From a virus (Duplodnaviria > Caudoviricetes): a stretch of 27,420 nt of DNA. The DNA lies in the IMG/VR virus record IMGVR_UViG_3300025277_000121, positions 1 through 27,420 of that record; one strand, 5' to 3'. Below the pieces are notes generated by a model. The model did not search any database. It had not been told where the DNA came from and saw only the letters and a program-made list of their open reading frames with translations. This document shows, one piece after another, positions 22,465-27,420 of this stretch (positions are counted from its first letter, which is position 1; every line of letters starts with the position of its first letter). A program made the position numbers and the translations under genes.

Positions 22465-23738
22465 TAGGCTGTGCCGTACATACTATCGAGATACGCTTGG
22501 GCTTGCGGCACGGTAATTCCTGTAATCATCGCCAACCGAACAGCGTCATAATAAGAGCCGCCGCCTTCCGTTCCGGCTGGAGAACTGCTAACCCCTGGAA
22601 GCAGACCAGCTATTCCAGATGCCGCTTGATTCTGGAGAAAATCAAAATCTGGGCCGGGAGAAGCAGCGTCGCGCTCTGCCTGGAATTCTCCGCCAGTGTG
22701 CGGTGAAAAAAGTCTGCTTAAAAATCCTTGGTTTTGTGCCGCTTCTGCGGCTGCCGCGTCTACCGCCTGGTTTTGTAGCGCTTGTTGTTGGCGGTTGATC
22801 TGATGAATGGTCCTCTCTCGCTGGTTTGCCGCCGCAGCTTCGGTGGCGGCCCTTCTTGTGGCAAATAGGGCGGCCCGCGTGTCAGCACGCTGAGAAGCCG
22901 AGCGCGAGTATGAAGCATCCGCCTCCGCAGCCCCCGTAGCCTCCCTAGCCCCAAGGTCACCTATGCCACGGCCAAAGCTACCGCCGCCACCTCCTACGCC
23001 ACCTCCTACGCCACCTCCTACGCCGCCACCGCCCTTAAATCTTTGCACCGGAAGACCAAACGCTTCGTGGACTGGCAGCATATGACCGCGAGTTCTCGAT
23101 ATCCGTCTGCCATCCCTCATTACGTCGGTAAATAGATTGCCTTCCTTCCCGAGCTCCCTGAAATGCACAATTGCATCTTCGGGGATGACTTCGGCCAGAC
23201 GTTTACGTATGTCTGGATCTAGAGTTTCTCGATGCCCCAACGAATATGCCAAGGGTCCGCCCGGATGCAGAAGTTGCTCTTGTTGGATACCTCTGCGGGT
23301 TCGTTGCGATGGACCTACCTCGCTATCGAGATCAGGGCCTCTTTGGTCGCGAATAATCTCAGACGGAGTTTGAGGAAACACACTGCCAAGCTTACGAAGA
23401 TCTCTGCTCGACATTCTCCCCGCCGCCACTGGATCGTAATGAAACCCAGGTTTGTTCATTAATGCGTGTAGGAACGCACTTGCAGCAGGCCCAGCAAGTG
23501 GCAGACCACCACCAAACGGCATAAAAGGATTAGCTCCAGTACCCAACTTGCCGATCATACCCAAGCCCGTCATTGCGGCCCTACCTGGATTTGCTGATCG
23601 CCGCTTCTTTACTGCATTAGCCGTATTTTGGTTAGCGACAGATTGGGGCGCTTTGTATATTGTATTAGGCTGACCAATATAATTAAGCCTTTCTTGGTCT
23701 GGCCCCGCTCCAGCTGCCCTTCCTGATCCATTTGCCAT
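22464..23738 (-). CDS. Low-complexity Gly/Ala/Arg-rich hypothetical protein (424 aa), possibly virion-internal
   Basis: GGAGG RBS; stop overlaps the next start (TAATG); poly-Gly tract and Ala-rich coiled coil. Confidence 0.7.
   Translation of the reverse strand: MANGSGRAAGAGPDQERLNYIGQPNTIYKAPQSVANQNTANAVKKRRSANPGRAAMTGLGMIGKLGTGANPFMPFGGGLPLAGPAASAFLHALMNKPGFHYDPVAAGRMSSRDLRKLGSVFPQTPSEIIRDQRGPDLDSEVGPSQRTRRGIQQEQLLHPGGPLAYSLGHRETLDPDIRKRLAEVIPEDAIVHFRELGKEGNLFTDVMRDGRRISRTRGHMLPVHEAFGLPVQRFKGGGGVGGGVGGGVGGGGGSFGRGIGDLGAREATGAAEADASYSRSASQRADTRAALFATRRAATEAAAANQRERTIHQINRQQQALQNQAVDAAAAEAAQNQGFLSRLFSPHTGGEFQAERDAASPGPDFDFLQNQAASGIAGLLPGVSSSPAGTEGGGSYYDAVRLAMITGITVPQAQAYLDSMYGTA
22986..23021 (-). 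repeat. 12-bp tandem repeat x3 encoding (VGGG)n
   Basis: GCCACCTCCTAC x3 on the + strand. Confidence 0.9.
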
Positions 23739-23754
23739 TAGCTATAAACCTCCA

Positions 23755-23922
23755 TCACTCAATAAACCACGTGATTGCATTAGTGTCATCTTGGCCACTC
23801 ACCACTTCTGGGAAATCTATTTTGGTCAGGGCCATCTCGAGATCCCGCATGATTCTTGCAAAAACCTCTGCGTCGTAAACCTCTGGGACTTCTGGAAAAT
23901 TGTGGTCTAGTAAAGAAGCCAC
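23755..23922 (-). CDS. Small tail-associated protein, 55 aa (MASLLDHNFPEVPEVYDAEVFARIMRDLEMALTKIDFPEVVSGQDDTNAITWFIE)
   Basis: GTG start overlaps the upstream TAG (TAGTG); GGGAGA RBS; fills the gap; missing from the ORF track. Confidence 0.75.
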   Translation of the reverse strand: MASLLDHNFPEVPEVYDAEVFARIMRDLEMALTKIDFPEVVSGQDDTNAITWFIE

Positions 23923-26192
23923 TATCGTCTCCCATCTGGGCGTAGATCAAGACGGGTTTCACCCAACGTCCACGCCGCAGTCGTGCTTGCACTGGACACC
24001 CGCAAAATTCCAGTTCTCCCGCGGCAGCGAATATCCGCTTTTTTAGTATCCGCTAAGACAGACGCAGTAGCTTCCGTAACAGCGGAGCTGCTAGGGAAGT
24101 CTCTTGTCTTGATAATATAACTTACTTCTGCGTCGGTTCCCGAGAGCTCGATATCGGGGATAATTTTGCTTACAAACATAAAGTTGTTGCCGTCCTGAAG
24201 ATCAAAATCAGAGGACTCTATGTAGGAGCTCATGTTTGCACCGTCGTCGCTTTCTCCATTTTCGTGAATAAACACAAAAGAGTTGTCACTTACAATGCCG
24301 GAACCTCGAGGTCTCTGGTGAATCCCCGCATCTACCCACGCAGTCCTTGCTAGAGTGCCTATGTCCCACGTCCCTTCGACGTAGTTAAACTTCACATATC
24401 GGTCGATTTCGCTAGCCGAAGAAGACACGTAAAAGAAAAACACCTCATCAAATAACCTGTTGGATGCCGCAAAAAACTTCGGGGCTTGCTCAAGGTTGAT
24501 GTCGTCAAACACATACCGCAAAACAGTGCATGGAAGCGTCTGTAAACGTCCTGAATAAGCGTAAAAGTTCTCTAAATCCATCCAGAAAACCTTGTCACCT
24601 ACGCTTGTGATGGAGATAGATGATAGTACAGACACGTTGTTAGATAGAACTGTAAACCCAAAAGTGAACGGAGGCCCTACAAACCGCATAGAGTACAGTG
24701 TTGTATCTGTGAAAATGAGCGTTTCCTGGCGAGTTTTTATGCCAGTGATAATCTCAGACCCTGACGAAAGCCGCTGACTGCCAGCAGTGTTGGTGGCAGT
24801 AGGCGTCCAATCAAAAGGAGATTCTTGGTCGGACCAACGAACCATCATCAAATCTTGTGCAGTTTCTCCTATTGGATTACACCCAAGACATACCACATGT
24901 CGATCTGCGCCAGAGACTAAAATTTGTCTAGTTATTGTAGGTGCGTCAGAAGCGCCTGTTTGGGAAGCAAGGTCTGTAGCACGAGTGCTAAGCCCCAAGG
25001 TTTTGTCCCAGTAGTAGGGAGTGCTGTCTACTACGCAAAATATCAAGTCTTCACCCCAATTATCTTGCGGCCAAAGCCTTAAACTTGTGTCTACATTAAC
25101 CGCAGAAACTCCTCCCCACGTAATGAAATCGTTAGCTTCTTTCACAGAGTCACCATCGCTGTGGGCGACCGCGGTAGTGCCTCTAACCCCTCGCACCACT
25201 CCAGCATCTAAAGTATTAGTAGATTTACCTGTGTACTGAACCAACTCCTGATTGATTAAGATAAGACCTATGAAGGTCACACTAGCACTACTACTGTGCG
25301 CGGCTTGGGTCGTGCCATCGGCCCCTCGGGTCACGTCATTAAGAGTGTTGCCCGATTTACTAGCATAGATAATGTTCTCGCTGCCTATTTTTATGGTTCC
25401 TATATCTGGAAGTCCAGAGGCATCAGCCACGGGTATGGCTCCTCTTTCGTCTATCGCCACGTTAGAGGAAATTGAGGTAGAAGCGGTCTCAAACAATGCT
25501 GCGCTTGCTAAGGCTATTGAGGTGGCAGCATCGGTAATTGCCCCGTCCAGCGTGGTTTCTGAAAAAGAAGCGACTGTCCCACCATAAAACGCCGTTCCGA
25601 ACCCAGAGCCTGTAGAGGCGGAGACTAGGCCGATTGTTAGTTGATACTGAGCCACGGTACTGCCCCCACCATTCCCTGAATCAGAGGCATTTGCTGTGGC
25701 AGAAGCTGTGATTGTGTAGGTATTAGCGCTGGGAACCGTTTGAATTTCGAATTCCTGGTTCAGGACAGCCGCGGTGATAGTACCGCCTAAGCTAGCTGCG
25801 CTATTAAAGGTTACAAAATCTCCCGCAATAGCACCGTGGGAAGCATCTGTGACAGTCAATGTCGCAGAGCCATCAGTAGCTGCGAAAGTAGCTGTGCCTG
25901 TATTGGTGTCGCGCAGAGGGGTGATGTCGTTATAGCTACCTCCCTCCTCTATATACAACTTAGTATCGGTGCCCGTGCCCATAAACTTTCGAGCATCCAG
26001 GGAAGACCATGCGAAAAGAGAGCGCACGGTTCCTTGGATCGTTCCGCTACTAAGCTTAGTCCAGCCGCCTATCTTTTCAGCGCGGCCTTTTCTGAACCGG
26101 ATCAAGTTAGAGTCGTACCAACCTTGTTCGTTGGCATAGGACGTGCTTTCTCGATTAACGCCTGGTGTGAAAGAAACTTTAACTAGAGGCAT
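23922..26192 (-). CDS. Tail nozzle / DNA-stabilisation protein (P22 gp10 / tail tubular B-like) with inserted beta domains
   Basis: PGVNRE...W.D...RFR.G..EKIGGW, VRWSDQE..W.PTATNTAGSQRL, RTAW.D, RLDLRPDGRR C-terminus; AAGGAG RBS. Confidence 0.8.
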   Translation of the reverse strand: MPLVKVSFTPGVNRESTSYANEQGWYDSNLIRFRKGRAEKIGGWTKLSSGTIQGTVRSLFAWSSLDARKFMGTGTDTKLYIEEGGSYNDITPLRDTNTGTATFAATDGSATLTVTDASHGAIAGDFVTFNSAASLGGTITAAVLNQEFEIQTVPSANTYTITASATANASDSGNGGGSTVAQYQLTIGLVSASTGSGFGTAFYGGTVASFSETTLDGAITDAATSIALASAALFETASTSISSNVAIDERGAIPVADASGLPDIGTIKIGSENIIYASKSGNTLNDVTRGADGTTQAAHSSSASVTFIGLILINQELVQYTGKSTNTLDAGVVRGVRGTTAVAHSDGDSVKEANDFITWGGVSAVNVDTSLRLWPQDNWGEDLIFCVVDSTPYYWDKTLGLSTRATDLASQTGASDAPTITRQILVSGADRHVVCLGCNPIGETAQDLMMVRWSDQESPFDWTPTATNTAGSQRLSSGSEIITGIKTRQETLIFTDTTLYSMRFVGPPFTFGFTVLSNNVSVLSSISITSVGDKVFWMDLENFYAYSGRLQTLPCTVLRYVFDDINLEQAPKFFAASNRLFDEVFFFYVSSSASEIDRYVKFNYVEGTWDIGTLARTAWVDAGIHQRPRGSGIVSDNSFVFIHENGESDDGANMSSYIESSDFDLQDGNNFMFVSKIIPDIELSGTDAEVSYIIKTRDFPSSSAVTEATASVLADTKKADIRCRGRTGILRVSSASTTAAWTLGETRLDLRPDGRR

Positions 26193-26210
26193 TTCAACTT
26201 CTCCTTCAAC

Positions 26211-27419
26211 CTATCCGGTTGCCTCTAACGCATCAATACGCGACTCGAGCGACTCGATACGTTCCATGGCTTCTTGCAACGCTTTGACGGCCTTCATATA
26301 CAAAACGCTGTACTTAACAGCTTTGTAATCAGTGGGATTGCCATTGGCGTCTAACACTGGCTCGTCTGGCCCGTCTCCGTCGGCTGGAGGGTTCATGTAG
26401 GGCTTTGTTTTGACAAGCCCATTCATTCCACTCGCTTCAAGCTCTTGAGCAATAACACCAAGTTGTGTGGGGGCGTCAGTTTCGTCCGAAATGAGAGAGT
26501 ATTTGCGCACGCGCATCGCCTTGACATCGTCCCATTGACTGCCAGAATCGATAATATATTCTTTCAGGCGCTCATCTGAAGTGGCACCGTACGAGTTAGT
26601 GGCGGATTGAAAGTCGCCGTTAGCCTCAATCTCCGATTTAATGGTTCCGCCGCCTGCAAAGGCTTGCCAGACGGGCGAGCCGTCAGACACGCTTTGTCCT
26701 AAAATACGGACGTAATCATCTGCGTCGTAGTAGCAGTACAGGCCCTGCCCCTCTGTGTTATGGAAAGCCCCGGCGGCGGTGCGCCCGTTGTATATATTAT
26801 TGCTCTCTTTGTACAGAGCATTGTTTCCCTCCTGTCTGAATGAGGCGTCGATAGTGGTGGTCCCACTTACCTCCAGTTTGCCATTCAGATCAACCAAAGT
26901 AGCATTGAGTTCAATCTCGTCGGTCGCATTTATGTCGAGAGTTGTAGCATCAGGAGCATTAATATATTGCGAGTCATCATTGAACTGAAGCTGCATCGTC
27001 GAATTAAGCAGCAGACCAGTATCGTGAACATGAGTCAACGTTACTTCCTGGTTATCCCCAAACGACACGACGGCGGCATCACTATCAAGAACGAGATCAT
27101 CGCCAAGCCATAAATCCTTAGCAACGCCCAAGCCACCGGCTGTAACTAGCGCTGCCGTGCCTGTTGCGCTTGCTTCCGTGGTTGCAGAAAGCGAAACAAC
27201 ACCGGCTGACGAAATCGCGATAGCATCAGTATCGGAAGCAGAACCAATATTTGCATCATCAGGGACGACAATGTTGCCGCCGGTCGTCATTAGGCCGCCG
27301 CCTTGGTACGTACCAGAGACATCGAGGTTGGCATTTACATCAGCTAGGGTCGCATTGATCTCAATTTCGTCGGTCGCGTTTATGTCGAGCACCGTGGCGG
27401 AGGGTGCGTTGATGTATTG
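26211..27419 (-). CDS. Tail fibre with C-terminal peptidase S74 intramolecular chaperone (5'-truncated by window edge)
   Basis: TSDERLKEYI, LGVIAQELE, VKYSVLYMKAVKALQEAMERIESLE coiled coil; frame is open to the window edge. Confidence 0.9.
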   Translation of the reverse strand, partial: QYINAPSATVLDINATDEIEINATLADVNANLDVSGTYQGGGLMTTGGNIVVPDDANIGSASDTDAIAISSAGVVSLSATTEASATGTAALVTAGGLGVAKDLWLGDDLVLDSDAAVVSFGDNQEVTLTHVHDTGLLLNSTMQLQFNDDSQYINAPDATTLDINATDEIELNATLVDLNGKLEVSGTTTIDASFRQEGNNALYKESNNIYNGRTAAGAFHNTEGQGLYCYYDADDYVRILGQSVSDGSPVWQAFAGGGTIKSEIEANGDFQSATNSYGATSDERLKEYIIDSGSQWDDVKAMRVRKYSLISDETDAPTQLGVIAQELEASGMNGLVKTKPYMNPPADGDGPDEPVLDANGNPTDYKAVKYSVLYMKAVKALQEAMERIESLESRIDALEATG

Positions 27420-27420
27420 G

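Larger units (their letters stand above)
1..27420. mobile_element. Tailed dsDNA phage genome fragment (podovirus-like): replication, accessory, virion and lysis modules
   Basis: Tightly packed, often overlapping ORFs (ATGA/TGATG junctions) encoding PolA, primase, two helicases, phage methylase, S74 tail fibre, tail nozzle and M15 endolysin; no housekeeping genes or integrase in the window. Confidence 0.95.

Noticed and set aside
23786-23992. 68-aa - strand ORF from the track
   Set aside because: The 55-aa frame 23755-23922 has an RBS and stop/start coupling and fits the gap better
1-27420. Genome-wide stop-codon reassignment
   Set aside because: Conserved genes are full length in the standard code and TAA, TAG and TGA all end genes at sensible boundaries

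Overview
The whole window is a gene-dense fragment of a tailed dsDNA phage with a podovirus-like layout; no host genes, integrase, tRNA, rRNA or CRISPR array are visible. From memory the gene set resembles marine HTVC023P/CRP-901-type and uvMED-like phages (inference, not searched). Left to right: (1) a small + strand accessory cluster with a VRR-NUC nuclease, a frameshifted SleB-type cell-wall hydrolase, an ArfA-like ribosome-rescue peptide and hypotheticals; (2) a - strand SNF2 helicase, RHH protein, hypothetical and XRE-HTH; (3) a structured divergent control region with 18-bp direct repeats, hairpins and a sigma70 promoter; (4) a + strand replication operon (two conserved hypotheticals, putative SSB, AEP-type primase, UvrD helicase, Leu762-type PolA, sigma-region-4-like protein, phage Dam-type methylase); (5) a structured intergenic element and a stand-alone secreted trypsin-like protease; (6) a - strand virion and lysis module (S74-chaperone tail fibre cut by the window edge, tail nozzle protein, small tail proteins, probable ejection proteins, M15A endolysin, Zn-ribbon peptide). 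Best leads: the ArfA-like peptide, shared short modules across the putative ejection proteins, and two structured non-coding regions.
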